DNA from: Candidatus Enterenecus avicola
GTDB taxonomy: Bacteria > Bacillota > Clostridia > Oscillospirales > Oscillospiraceae
Length of the DNA stretch: 46,671 nt
Assembly (NCBI GenBank): GCA_018715985.1
Contig: DVKO01000114.1
Coordinates: forward strand, 1-46,671
Direction: 5' to 3'
The position numbers and the translations under genes were made by a program. Below, one piece after another: positions 36,805-46,338 of this stretch. The notes under the pieces were generated by a model. The model was not told where the DNA came from. It saw only the letters and a program-made list of their open reading frames with translations, and did not search any database. How positions within the stretch are numbered: the first letter of the stretch is position 1; every line of letters starts with the position of its first letter.

Positions 36805-39800
36805 TTAGCGCAGAACGACGCTTTCTATGCCCAGTTTCTCCTTGAGCTCCTCCAACAGCGCGGTATGGTGGAGGCAGGCGGTGAGCAGCTTTTTCCCACT
36901 GTCCTGCAAGTACACCACCGTTCTCTCCCTGCCGGGGAACATATTCAGCAGTTTTTTCAGCCACACCAGGGACCCCTCCCCGTCGGGCAACCGGATCCAC
37001 AGGGTGTCCCCCCGGTCGCTCTCCTCTTTCTGGCTTTTGGACTGTGCCTCCTGGCTGAGGGGCCCCACCCAGTCAGCCATGATCTGGGGTGCCTTCTCAT
37101 CCCGCTGGGACACACGCCCTGTCACCGCCACCGGAAGCCCAGCCTTCAGGTAGTGGCCGCACTCGGCCAGCACCCGGGAAAACACCATCAGTTCCATGGA
37201 CCCCGTGGCATCCTCCAGATCCACATAGGCCATGAGGGAGTTGTTCTTGGTGGTCTTGGTCTTGACCGATGACACGACGCCAGCCACCGTCACCTTTTGG
37301 CCGTCCGAATACCGGGGCGGTGGATCCCCTTCCTCCGAACAGCCCTGAAGCAGGGTACCGATGGGCACCGCCCGGAGCTTTTTCACCTGGCTGCGGTACT
37401 GGTCCATGGGGTGGCCGGAGAGATAGAGTCCTGTGACCTCCTTTTCCATGGCCATGAGCTCTGCGGGAGAGAATTCCGGAATGTCCGGCAGTTTCATCTC
37501 CGCCTCACTGCTCTCGGAGCCGCCGAAGAGGTCAAACTGCCCCTCCAGTTTCTGGCGCTGGTCCCTGAGAATGGAGTCTACCGCCTGCTCATACGCCTTC
37601 AGCAGCTGGCTGCGGCGGTAGCCCATGCGATCAAAGCATCCTGCCCGGATCAGGCTCTCCAGCACCCGCTTGTTCAGGTCGCTGTGACTCATCCGCGCAC
37701 AGAAATCGGGGAAAGAGGTGAAGGGCCCTCCCTGCTCCCGCTGGGCCAGCACGGCGTTGACAAAACCTCGCCCCACCCCCTTCAGAGCGGCCAGGCCGAA
37801 GCGGATGTCATTTCCGGAGACCGTAAAACTCAGGCCCGACTCGTTGATGTCGGGAGGCAGCAGGGCAATTCCGTTTTCCTTGCACTCGGCAATGTATTCC
37901 GCCACCTTGTCCTGGGAGTCCAGCACCGAGGTCAGGAGGGCCGCCATGTACTCCCGGGTATAGTGGCACTTAAACCACGCCGTCTGATAGGCCACAATGG
38001 CGTAGCTCACCGCGTGGGCCTTGTTGAAAGCGTAGTTGGCAAAGGCGTAGATCTCGTCGTAGATGGCCTGGGCATCTTCTGTGGGAATGCCTCGCGCCAC
38101 ACAGCCCTCGATGCTGCGCTGGGGGTCGCCGTGGATGAAGGCCTCCCGCTCCCGCTCGATGTCCTTGACCTTTTTCTTACTCATAGCCCGGCGCACCATA
38201 TCGGCCTGGCCCAGAGAATAACCGGCCAAGCGGCGGAAAATCTCAATGACCTGCTCCTGGTAGACAATACACCCATAGGTCACGGACAAAATGGGCTCCA
38301 GGGCGGGGTTGCGGTAGGAGATGCACCTGGGGTCATGCTTGCTGGCAATGAACTTGGGAATGGAGTCCATAGGGCCGGGGCGGTAGAGGGCAATGATGGC
38401 GGTGATGTCCTCAATGTTCTGGGGCTTGAGCCCCACACACACGCCGGTCATGCCGGAGGACTCCATCTGAAACACTCCGGAGGTGCGTCCTTCCGAGAGC
38501 ATCCGAAACACCTCCGGGTCGTCGTCCCGGATGTCGCTCATGGAGAAGTCGGGGTGATGGGTCTTGACCATCTTCACTGCGTCGTCCAGGATGGTCAGGT
38601 TGCGCAGACCCAGGAAGTCCATTTTCAGCAGCCCCAGTTCCTCCAGGGTCACCATGGTGTACTGCGTTACCGGTACGCCGTCGTTGGTGGCCAGAGGAAC
38701 ATACTCGTACACCGGCAGGCGGGTAATGACCACGCCGGCGGCGTGGGTGGAGGCATTGCGGGGCATTCCCTCCAGCTTGCGGGCCATGTCCACCAGCTGT
38801 TTCACCTGTTCGTTCCCGTTGTACAGGTCTGCCAGCCCCTTGGACAGCACCAGGGCCTTGTCCAAGGTCATATCCAGAGCGAAGGGCACCTGCTTGGCAA
38901 TGGCATCCACCTCCGCATAGGGCATATCCATCACCCGGCCCACATCCCGGATGGCCGCCTTGGCCTTCATGGTGCCGAAGGTGACGATCTGGGCCACGTG
39001 GTCCTCCCCGTACTTCCGGGCCACATAGTCGATGACCTCTTGACGGCGGCGGATGCAGAAATCGATGTCAATATCCGGCATGGTGACCCGCTCGGGGTTG
39101 AGGAATCGCTCAAAGTAGAGGTTGTACTTCATGGGGTCAATGTCGGTGATATACAGGCAGTAGGACACCATGGACCCGGCTGCCGAGCCACGTCCCGGCC
39201 CCACGGGGATCCCCTGGCCCTTGGCGTAGCCAATGAAGTCGGAGACAATGAGAAAGTAGTCCACAAATCCCATGCGGCGGATCATGTTCATCTCCATCTC
39301 CAGCCGCTGCCGGTACCCCTCCCCCGCCTGGGGATACCGCTGTTCAAACCCCTGGCGGCACAGCCGCTCGAAGTAGGCGTCTCCATCCGTCTCCCCGGGA
39401 GGCAGCTTGAACTCGGGCAGGTGGTGCACCCCAAACTGGAAATCCACCTGACACATCTGGGCGATTTTGGCCGTGTTTTCAATGGCCTCCGGGCATTGGG
39501 GAAAGAGACTGCGCATCTCCTCCTCGCTTTTGATGTAAAACTCCTGGGTCTCAAACCGCATCCGGTCGGTGTCCTCCAACCGCTTCCCTGTCTGGACGCA
39601 CATGAGCACGTCCTGCATCACCGAGTCCTCCCGGGTCAGGTAGTGGGCGTCGTTGGTGGCCACCAGGGGGATGCCGGTCTCGGCGTGGAGACGGAAAATC
39701 CCGGCGTTCACGGCCTGCTGCTGCGGAATGCCATGGTCCTGAATCTCCAGGTAGTAGCTGTCCTCCCCAAAGATCTCACGCATCTCCAGGGCATGGGCCA

Positions 39801-40263
39801 GAGCCCCCTGGTAGTCCCCTGCCATCAGCCGCCGGGGAATTTCACCGCCCAGGCAGGCGGACAGGGCGATGAGGCCCTCACTGTGGGCCCGCAGCAGCTC
39901 CATATCCACCCTGGGTTTCCCGTAAAATCCCTCCACATAGGACATGGACACCATGTAGCTGAGGTTGCGGTACCCGGTCTCATTTTTACACAGCAGCACC
40001 AGGTGACGGGGAGAGCCGTCCAACTCCCGGGTGTGATCAAAGCGGGTACGAGGTGCCACATACACCTCACAGCCGATGATGGGCTTGACCCCTGCCCCCA
40101 GGCAGGCCCGGTAGAAATCCACCGCGCCAAACATCACGCCGTGGTCGGTGATGGCCACCGCCTCCTGACCCAACTCCTTGACCCGCCCCGCCAGCTGTTT
40201 GATGCGGCAGGCTCCGTCCAGCAGGGAATATTCGGTATGTACGTGTAGATGGACAAATGCCAT
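36805..40263 (-). CDS. dnaE: DNA polymerase III alpha subunit
   Basis: FVHLHVHTEYSLLDG PHP domain, GPGRGSAAGS, PDIDIDF, KMDFLGL and FNKAHA..Y motifs; GGAGG RBS. Confidence 0.96.
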   Translation of the reverse strand: MAFVHLHVHTEYSLLDGACRIKQLAGRVKELGQEAVAITDHGVMFGAVDFYRACLGAGVKPIIGCEVYVAPRTRFDHTRELDGSPRHLVLLCKNETGYRNLSYMVSMSYVEGFYGKPRVDMELLRAHSEGLIALSACLGGEIPRRLMAGDYQGALAHALEMREIFGEDSYYLEIQDHGIPQQQAVNAGIFRLHAETGIPLVATNDAHYLTREDSVMQDVLMCVQTGKRLEDTDRMRFETQEFYIKSEEEMRSLFPQCPEAIENTAKIAQMCQVDFQFGVHHLPEFKLPPGETDGDAYFERLCRQGFEQRYPQAGEGYRQRLEMEMNMIRRMGFVDYFLIVSDFIGYAKGQGIPVGPGRGSAAGSMVSYCLYITDIDPMKYNLYFERFLNPERVTMPDIDIDFCIRRRQEVIDYVARKYGEDHVAQIVTFGTMKAKAAIRDVGRVMDMPYAEVDAIAKQVPFALDMTLDKALVLSKGLADLYNGNEQVKQLVDMARKLEGMPRNASTHAAGVVITRLPVYEYVPLATNDGVPVTQYTMVTLEELGLLKMDFLGLRNLTILDDAVKMVKTHHPDFSMSDIRDDDPEVFRMLSEGRTSGVFQMESSGMTGVCVGLKPQNIEDITAIIALYRPGPMDSIPKFIASKHDPRCISYRNPALEPILSVTYGCIVYQEQVIEIFRRLAGYSLGQADMVRRAMSKKKVKDIEREREAFIHGDPQRSIEGCVARGIPTEDAQAIYDEIYAFANYAFNKAHAVSYAIVAYQTAWFKCHYTREYMAALLTSVLDSQDKVAEYIAECKENGIALLPPDINESGLSFTVSGNDIRFGLAALKGVGRGFVNAVLAQREQGGPFTSFPDFCARMSHSDLNKRVLESLIRAGCFDRMGYRRSQLLKAYEQAVDSILRDQRQKLEGQFDLFGGSESSEAEMKLPDIPEFSPAELMAMEKEVTGLYLSGHPMDQYRSQVKKLRAVPIGTLLQGCSEEGDPPPRYSDGQKVTVAGVVSSVKTKTTKNNSLMAYVDLEDATGSMELMVFSRVLAECGHYLKAGLPVAVTGRVSQRDEKAPQIMADWVGPLSQEAQSKSQKEESDRGDTLWIRLPDGEGSLVWLKKLLNMFPGRERTVVYLQDSGKKLLTACLHHTALLEELKEKLGIESVVLR

Positions 40264-40292
40264 GGCTCGCTCCTCCTGTGTAAAACTGTGGT

Positions 40293-41186
40293 TTAGATCT
40301 CCGCCAGCTGGGCCAGCTTGCGCAGCCGGTGGTTCAGCGCAGACTTGCTCACCGGCGGGGTGCACAGCTCTGCCAGCTGGGCCAGGGTCAGCTCCGGGTG
40401 GGCCATGCGCAGGTCCACGGCCTCCTTGAGCTTCTCCGGCAGGTCCTCCAGCATCCCCCGCTCTTCCAGGCGATAGATGGCCTCCATCTGCCACCGGGCC
40501 GCCTCCACCGTCTTATCCAGATTGGCGGCGTCACAGTTGACCCTGCGGTTGACGCTGCCCCGTAAATCCCGCTCCAGCTTGGCCGTCATAATCTCCATGG
40601 CGGACACCGGGGCCCCGATGGTGGTGAGAAAATCTTCAATATGGTCACTTTGCTTGAAATAGGTCACGTGATTTCCCTTTCGCTGGGTGTCCTTGGGGGT
40701 GAACCCCAGCTCCCGGAGCAGCGCAATGCTCTCCCGGCCCACCGCAGCGTGGGAGGTGGCCAGCTCCAGATGGTAGCTCTTGCCCGGATCGGTCACGGAG
40801 CCGCCGGCCAGGAAGGCCCCCCGGAAAAATGCCGTCTGGCAGTGCTCCTCCTCCAGATGGGCAAAGTTGATGTGCAGCGAAACCGCACTGTCCCGCTCCA
40901 ATCCAAAGGTGTCAAATACCGTGTGCAGTTTGGCCGGGTCCTCCAGCAAAAAACTGCCCTTTCCCTCACCGGGAGACGGGACCACATCAAACTCCACCCG
41001 AAACGCCTTGCGAAACAGCTGGGGCAGCCGCAGCTTGAACTGGGGCGACTCGGTGATGATGCGCACTTGGTTGGCTTGAAAGGTGTTGCAATAGAGCAAG
41101 ATCCCATAGGCCTCGGCCTGGGCGCAGCAGCGGCGGCTCATGGATTGCTTGCACAGTTCTTGTTTTACCTGGGCAGAAAAGGTCAC
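40293..41186 (-). CDS. whiA: DNA-binding protein WhiA
   Basis: FS..VK.EL, F.RGAFLAGGS..DP...YHLE, VNR..NCD.AN..K and SKS.LNHRLRK motifs; GTG start (ATG 41192 is an alternative). Confidence 0.93.
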   Translation of the reverse strand: MTFSAQVKQELCKQSMSRRCCAQAEAYGILLYCNTFQANQVRIITESPQFKLRLPQLFRKAFRVEFDVVPSPGEGKGSFLLEDPAKLHTVFDTFGLERDSAVSLHINFAHLEEEHCQTAFFRGAFLAGGSVTDPGKSYHLELATSHAAVGRESIALLRELGFTPKDTQRKGNHVTYFKQSDHIEDFLTTIGAPVSAMEIMTAKLERDLRGSVNRRVNCDAANLDKTVEAARWQMEAIYRLEERGMLEDLPEKLKEAVDLRMAHPELTLAQLAELCTPPVSKSALNHRLRKLAQLAEI

Positions 41187-41210
41187 TTGCATCTGCTCCT
41201 TTATCAAATC

Positions 41211-42200
41211 TCAAAATATCTGGGTGTGTCCCCGCTGCTTGTAGAGTTCCATGACCGCATTGGCCACCTTTTCCCCGGAATGTCTGGCGTATCCGATGTT
41301 CTCGTCGGTCAAGGGACGGCACACCACCTCGGCCCCCAGCAGCTCCATCTCCCGGCGATCCACCACCAGCGGCTCAGAATCCTCCTGCCGGTAGCGGCTG
41401 AGCAGCTCACCGGAGAGCGTAGCGTTGTTGCACAGGCACAGATCCACCAGCTTAGGCCCGCCGTGCTCCAGCAGGGCCGCCAAATGATCCGAGGCGGTCA
41501 TACCCTCCGTCTCCCCGTCCTGGGTCATGATGTTGCACACATAAATCTTCAAAGCGGCGCTTTCCTCAATGGCATGGGAAATCCCATCCACCAGCAGATT
41601 GGGAATGACGCTGGTGTACAGACTTCCCGGCCCCAGCAAAATCACATCTGCCCGGGCAATGGCCTCCAGGGCCGCAGGCAAGGCCGGCGGATGCTCGGGG
41701 ATGAGCCGTACATGGTGAATGCCGCAGTTCTGCTGCTTTTTGAAGGCGAAAATTTTGGACTCCCCGCATACCCGGGTGCCGTTTTCAAATACGGCCTCCA
41801 GCTGAATGTTCGCATTGGTCACGGGCAATATGGTGCCGCGGATGGCCAGCACCTGGCTCATCTGGGCCACCGCCTGGTCGAAGGAGGGGGAGATCCCGTC
41901 CAACGCCGCCAGAAGCAGGTTTCCAAAGGCCTGCCCGGCCAGTCGTCCCTCCGGGTAGCGGTAGGCCAGCAGGGTGCGCATGAGGGATTCCTCATCTGCC
42001 AGGGCCTCCATGCAGTTTCGGATGTCTCCCGGTGGGGGCATCCCCAATTCCTCCCGCAGTGTCCCGGAGCCTCCTCCGTCATCCGCCACGGTGACAATGG
42101 CGGTCAGATCATCTGTGCAATTTTTCAGGCCGCGCAGCACCGCAGAAAGCCCATGCCCGCCGCCAATGGCCACAATAGCCGGACTGTGTCTCTTTCCCAT
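41211..42200 (-). CDS. yvcK: YvcK/GlmR (CofD-like) UDP-GlcNAc-binding protein
   Basis: IGGGHGLS..LRGLK, VTVADDGG.SG, PPGD.RNC and GPGSLYTS.IPNL motifs. Confidence 0.92.
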   Translation of the reverse strand: MGKRHSPAIVAIGGGHGLSAVLRGLKNCTDDLTAIVTVADDGGGSGTLREELGMPPPGDIRNCMEALADEESLMRTLLAYRYPEGRLAGQAFGNLLLAALDGISPSFDQAVAQMSQVLAIRGTILPVTNANIQLEAVFENGTRVCGESKIFAFKKQQNCGIHHVRLIPEHPPALPAALEAIARADVILLGPGSLYTSVIPNLLVDGISHAIEESAALKIYVCNIMTQDGETEGMTASDHLAALLEHGGPKLVDLCLCNNATLSGELLSRYRQEDSEPLVVDRREMELLGAEVVCRPLTDENIGYARHSGEKVANAVMELYKQRGHTQIF

Positions 42201-42203
42201 CGT

Positions 42204-43067
42204 TCAAGCCCTCGTCATATCCCGGTGATTTTCCGACACCTGATAGCCCAGTTCCCGGACGTGCTGAGCCAAGGCGTGGGTCATGGCTACCGAGCGGTGA
42301 TGCCCTCCGGTGCAGCCAATGGCCACTACTACCATACTCTTCCCCTCCTCCACAAACTGCGGCAGAAGGAAGTCTATCATATCTTTCAACTTCTCCAGAA
42401 ACTCGTTGCTCTGGGGAAACTGAAAGACGTAGTCCCGTACTCCGTCATCCAGACCAGTCTGGGTGCGCAGCCCCTCCACATAAAAGGGATTGGGGAGGAA
42501 TCGCACATCAAAGACCAGATCAGCCTCCATAGGCAGGCCGTATTTGAAGCCAAACGACGTGACGCAGACGTTCAGTTCGCTGTCCTTTTTCCGCCCCGGA
42601 TAAACCAGCTCCAGCACTCGGTCCCGCAGCTTGCGGGTGGACATGGCGTCGGTACGCAGCACGATATTGGAGCGGCTGCGCACCGGCTCCATGAGCTCCC
42701 GCTCCTTTTGCACGGCCCGGGCCAGGGTGCCCTGGGTTTCCATGAGCGGGTGGCTGCGCCGGGTCTCTTTGTAGCGCTTGATGATGGTCTGGTCATCCGC
42801 CTCCACAAACAGGATCTGGTATTTCACCTGCATTCGGTCCAAGGTCTCCAGGGCCTCAAACAGCCCATCAAAGCTGCTGCCGCCCCGGATGTCGCACACC
42901 ACCGCCGCCCGCTTGTGGGCCTCGCTGCCCATCTGGCACAGCTCCGCAAACTTTGGGATGAGTACTGGAGGCAGATTATCCACGCAGAAATAACCGCTGT
43001 CCTCCAAAATGGACATTACCGTGGACTTTCCTGCCCCGGAAAGTCCAGACACAATGAAAAGCTCCAT
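42204..43067 (-). CDS. rapZ: RapZ/YvcJ nucleotide-binding protein
   Basis: SGLSGAGKS, CVDNLP, RYKETRR.HPL, SFGFKYG.P, DVRFLPNP and GCTGG.HRSV motifs. Confidence 0.93.
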   Translation of the reverse strand: MELFIVSGLSGAGKSTVMSILEDSGYFCVDNLPPVLIPKFAELCQMGSEAHKRAAVVCDIRGGSSFDGLFEALETLDRMQVKYQILFVEADDQTIIKRYKETRRSHPLMETQGTLARAVQKERELMEPVRSRSNIVLRTDAMSTRKLRDRVLELVYPGRKKDSELNVCVTSFGFKYGLPMEADLVFDVRFLPNPFYVEGLRTQTGLDDGVRDYVFQFPQSNEFLEKLKDMIDFLLPQFVEEGKSMVVVAIGCTGGHHRSVAMTHALAQHVRELGYQVSENHRDMTRA

Positions 43068-43080
43068 ATCAACTGCCTCC

Positions 43081-43992
43081 TCACTTGAGGTATCGCACCT
43101 CTGGCTCCAGCCCCACGCCGGTGGCCTCATACACCCGCCCTCGAACCTCATCCATCAGGCGTAAAATATCACTGCACGTGGCATTCCCTGTGTTGATGAC
43201 AAATCCGGCGTGCTTTTCCGATACCATGGCTCCGCCCACCCGCAGGCCCTTGAGACCACACTGGTCAATGAGGGCTGCGGCAAAATGTCCCTGGGGCCGC
43301 TTGAAGGTGGACCCGGCGCTGGGGTATTCCAGCGGCTGTTTCTCCCGGCGTCTTGCGGAAAAATCACGCATGGTCTCCCGTATCTTCTCGGGATCCCCCC
43401 GCTGGAGCCCCACCTTTGCCCACAGCACCAGGTGAGTGCCGTCGCTGAATGCAGAGTGGCGGTAGCGGAATTGGCACCGCTCCCCCTCCCAGGTCTCCAC
43501 TGTTCCGTCGGGACAGAGCACCCCCACCTGGCGCACCACCTGCACCATCTCTCCGCCATAGGCTCCCGCGTTCATGGTCACGCCGCCGCCCAGGCTTCCG
43601 GGAATGCCGTGGGCAAATTCCAGCCCCGTCAAGCCCTCCTGGGCAGCCTTGGTGGCCAACTGGGAGAGAAGAATACCGGACTGCGCGGTGAGTTCTTTCC
43701 CGCAGACCTGGCAGTCGGCATATTGAGGCACCGTTTTCACCACAAAGGCGTTCACCCCACTGTCATCCACCAGCAGATTGGAGCCGTTTCCCACCATCAC
43801 CGTGGGAACCTCCCACGCCCGGGCCAGTTTTACCGCTTCTACCAGCTCCTCTGTCTGCCGGGGACAGGCCATGAGTGCGGCAGGACCGCCCACCCGAAAG
43901 GTGGTATGGTGGCTCATGGGCTCGTCCAGTCGCAGCTCCAGCTCCGGCAGCTGCTGGCGCAGCTGTCGGTGCAGATTATGTATCTCATTCAT
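43081..43992 (-). CDS. murB: UDP-N-acetylenolpyruvoylglucosamine reductase
   Basis: HTTFRVGG.A, GNGSNLL, GIPG..GG...MNAGAYG, QPLEYPSAGS.FKRP and S.KHA.F motifs. Confidence 0.95.
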   Translation of the reverse strand: MNEIHNLHRQLRQQLPELELRLDEPMSHHTTFRVGGPAALMACPRQTEELVEAVKLARAWEVPTVMVGNGSNLLVDDSGVNAFVVKTVPQYADCQVCGKELTAQSGILLSQLATKAAQEGLTGLEFAHGIPGSLGGGVTMNAGAYGGEMVQVVRQVGVLCPDGTVETWEGERCQFRYRHSAFSDGTHLVLWAKVGLQRGDPEKIRETMRDFSARRREKQPLEYPSAGSTFKRPQGHFAAALIDQCGLKGLRVGGAMVSEKHAGFVINTGNATCSDILRLMDEVRGRVYEATGVGLEPEVRYLK

Positions 43993-44098
43993 ATGCAAAC
44001 CCTCCGGCTTGTGTTACGCAATCTATATTCGGTCATAAAGACACAAGTGTATTATACCAGACTTCCCCGAAAAATAAAAGTCTCCTTCGCCTGGAACG

Positions 44099-44129
44099 TG
44101 AGAGGGGCGTTGACGTGCAACGCCCCTCT
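44099..44129. repeat. Target-site duplication, left copy (terminator hairpin)
   Basis: TGAGAGGGGCGTTGACGTGCAACGCCCCTCT is identical to 44395-44425. Confidence 0.9.
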
Positions 44130-44396
44130 GAGCGTGTCGAAAAAGTTCGACACGCTTCTCAAAAATGCAAGCATTTTTGAGAGGGGATGCAGCCCGCTGC
44201 GCGCATAATCGGGTCAAAGGACGCCCCGATTCCACACTGGCGGGCTGAGAAGTGTTTTTTTCGATGCTCATGTCCCCGAAAAAAACAGATTCAATTTATT
44301 TTCCCATCTTCGGATGGGAAAACTCTGCCGAGGGCTTTTTGACGATGCAAGATCATCTGCCCTTCTTGCATTGACGTGAGCTTTTTCGACAGCCTG
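44130..44396 (+). mobile_element. MITE copy B (complete, about 265 bp), probably IS1182-family derived
   Basis: Terminal inverted repeats TGTCGAAAAAGTTC / GAGCTTTTTCGACA; no transposase; flanked by a direct repeat of the terminator hairpin. Confidence 0.85.
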
Positions 44397-44425
44397 AGAG
44401 GGGCGTTGACGTGCAACGCCCCTCT
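44395..44425. repeat. Target-site duplication, right copy (terminator of the split spore gene)
   Basis: Identical 31-mer; self-complementary AGAGGGGCGTTG/CAACGCCCCTCT; 9 nt beyond the stop at 44434. Confidence 0.9.
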
Positions 44426-44433
44426 CAGTTTGC

Positions 44434-44841
44434 TTACCCTTGACAGCAGGGGTCGCAGTGTTTGGCCTCCTGGTACCCTTCCGGGGGTGCAACAGTGTTG
44501 GGCGGGAAGAACTCTTCGGTGGGGAACTGTACCTTGCGGAACAGGGCGCAGGGGTCCTCCTCGCTGCCGCCCGTGCACTCCTTGCTGGGAATGCAGTAGT
44601 CATAGGCAGGGATGAGCAGTTGACTGTCCCGCTCCAGGCGGATCAAGGAGAACTGTCCCAAGGTCACATACACCCGTTTCCCCTCGCTGCCCATGGACAG
44701 CTCACCGGGGAAGCAAGAGGTGATGCAGGGCGGGATGTCGCTGGGGTCACAGCCACAGCTGCAGCTGCATCCGTTGTTCTCACAGTTCTCCACCAGCTTC
44801 ATGCTGAGGATGATGGGATCCACAGCCTCTACTGTTGCGAT
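44434..44841 (-). pseudogene. 3' half of a Cys-rich spore coat/exosporium (CsxA-like) gene interrupted by a serine-recombinase element; probably restorable
   Basis: 135 aa starting IATVEAVDPIILSMK...; no RBS or start; motif VYVTLGQFSLIRLERDSQLLIPAYDYC.P.KEC...DPC..F resembles (from memory) the C-terminal part of clostridial CsxA; begins at the att-like dyad centre. Confidence 0.7.
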
Positions 44842-44855
44842 CAACCAGGTAGGCT
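44824..44855. other. Putative att (recombination junction) site
   Basis: Dyad AGCCT-N5-GTTG-CGAT-CAAC-N5-AGGCT centred on GA 44839-44840, at the gene/recombinase junction. Confidence 0.65.
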
Positions 44856-46292
44856 CCCCCTTGCCCGGCAAAAGATCACCCGGACCTCTCCCTCGCCGTC
44901 CACAGTGATGCGCTCCACCAGTCTGGCCATGTCCGTCCGGGTCATCTCCCGCCAGTCCATCTGTCTGCGCACCCATTCCTGCGCCTGTTGTACATCCAAT
45001 AAAGATTTATTTTGCAAGGACTGTAAAGTTAAAATCCTTGCCTGAATTTCTCTGCGCTTTTCAAGAAAATCTTCCAAGGTCATAGCCTCGTTGGCGTAGA
45101 GCTGCGCATATCGCTGTTCCTTTCGTTCCAGCCGTTTCCACTCATCGGCAGCTTTTCGCCCCTCATCCCGGTGCTCCAGCGCCCAGTGTACCAGCCTCTC
45201 CTCCACCTGCCCCGCAGGCGGGCCACCCTGCATCACATATCCGGCAATGGCACGCAGAAGCTGATTCTCCTCCACTTTGGTTCGGTTTTCACACAGCCCC
45301 TGGTCGTTTCCCGCGCACTTCCAGTAGATGCGGGTATGGGCATAGGTATAGGTTTTCCGACAAAAGCTCCTCCCACACTCCTGACAGATCATCAATCCGC
45401 TGAATGCATGACAGGCGCTGTATCGCCTCCGTACCTCATGTCCGTCCCGCTCCTGGATTTGGCTGCGGGCCTTCCGCTGGGCCTGGGCCTGTTCAAATTG
45501 CTCCGGTGTGACAATGGCCCACTGCGGGCGGAGGTGGTGATATTGCTCCTGGGGCAAAAGTTTTCTCTGACGCCCCGTGAGGTAGTTTTCCACCTCATAC
45601 TTGTGGTTGACGTGATGCCCGCAGTAGATGGGATTGGTCAAAATGCGGTGGACGGCCGACGGAGTCCAGCCGCAGCCCTGCTTGGTGCCATATCCCCAGG
45701 CATCCAACTGTTGGGCAATGGTACGACACCCCAGCCCCTGCTCCACATACATCTGATAGATCAGACGCACCACATCCGCCTCCGCCTGGTTGATCTGAAG
45801 GGTGAAATTATCTATCCGGTCATATCCATAAATGCACCGGGGCACCCTCCCCTTCTGAGCGTTGAGCTTTTTCCCGAACTTTACCCGCTTGCTCAAATTG
45901 GCGCTCTCCTCCTGGGCTAAGGCCCCGAATACGGTGAGGACGAACTCGGATTCCCCGAGGCTGTCCATATCCGCGGTGAGAAAGCGAGTATTCACCCCCA
46001 ACTCCTTCAGGGCCCGGACACTCTGGAGAAAGTCCACGGTATTTCGGGCAAACCTGGAAATGTCTTTGACCACCACCAGTTCAAACCGGTGGTCTTTCGC
46101 GTCGTGGAGCAACGCCTGAAACTGCTCCCGCTTTTGCAATCGTGTTCCGGAAATCCCTTCATCTGCATAGATCTTTACCAGCTCGTATCCGTTGCGCTGG
46201 GCATATGCCTGAAAGAATTCCTTTTGATGGGCCAAGCTGTCCAACTGCTCCTCTTTGGCGGTGGAGACCCGACAATAGGCTGCGATCCGCAT
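44841..46292 (-). CDS. Large serine recombinase (SpoIVCA/CisA-like: resolvase, recombinase and Zn-ribbon domains)
   Basis: YCRVST catalytic Ser, DEGISGT...R..F, KDISRFARN, ES...SKRV..G, YGY, IL.NP.Y.G and CQECG...C...C; GGGAGGAG RBS. Confidence 0.93.
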   Translation of the reverse strand: MRIAAYCRVSTAKEEQLDSLAHQKEFFQAYAQRNGYELVKIYADEGISGTRLQKREQFQALLHDAKDHRFELVVVKDISRFARNTVDFLQSVRALKELGVNTRFLTADMDSLGESEFVLTVFGALAQEESANLSKRVKFGKKLNAQKGRVPRCIYGYDRIDNFTLQINQAEADVVRLIYQMYVEQGLGCRTIAQQLDAWGYGTKQGCGWTPSAVHRILTNPIYCGHHVNHKYEVENYLTGRQRKLLPQEQYHHLRPQWAIVTPEQFEQAQAQRKARSQIQERDGHEVRRRYSACHAFSGLMICQECGRSFCRKTYTYAHTRIYWKCAGNDQGLCENRTKVEENQLLRAIAGYVMQGGPPAGQVEERLVHWALEHRDEGRKAADEWKRLERKEQRYAQLYANEAMTLEDFLEKRREIQARILTLQSLQNKSLLDVQQAQEWVRRQMDWREMTRTDMARLVERITVDGEGEVRVIFCRARGSLPG

Positions 46293-46310
46293 CTTCTTCA
46301 CTCCTCCCAT

Positions 46311-46338
46311 AAAAAAAGAGAAGGGATCTCCCCTTCTC
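46311..46338 (-). terminator. Intrinsic terminator between the small ORF and the recombinase
   Basis: Minus-strand AGAGAAGGGA-GA-TCCCTTCTCT followed by TTTTTT. Confidence 0.65.

Noticed and set aside
40264-40494. N-terminal extension of dnaE
   Set aside because: It overlaps whiA; the RBS and conserved FVHLH start place the ATG at 40263.
44099-44425. CRISPR array (31-bp palindromic direct repeats)
   Set aside because: Only two repeats, separated by 265 bp of a multicopy element, with no cas genes; better explained as a target-site duplication.
44842-44976. N-terminal 45 aa of ORF 44434..44976 as a real start
   Set aside because: It is an out-of-frame overlap with the recombinase, has no convincing RBS and lies on the element side of the att dyad.
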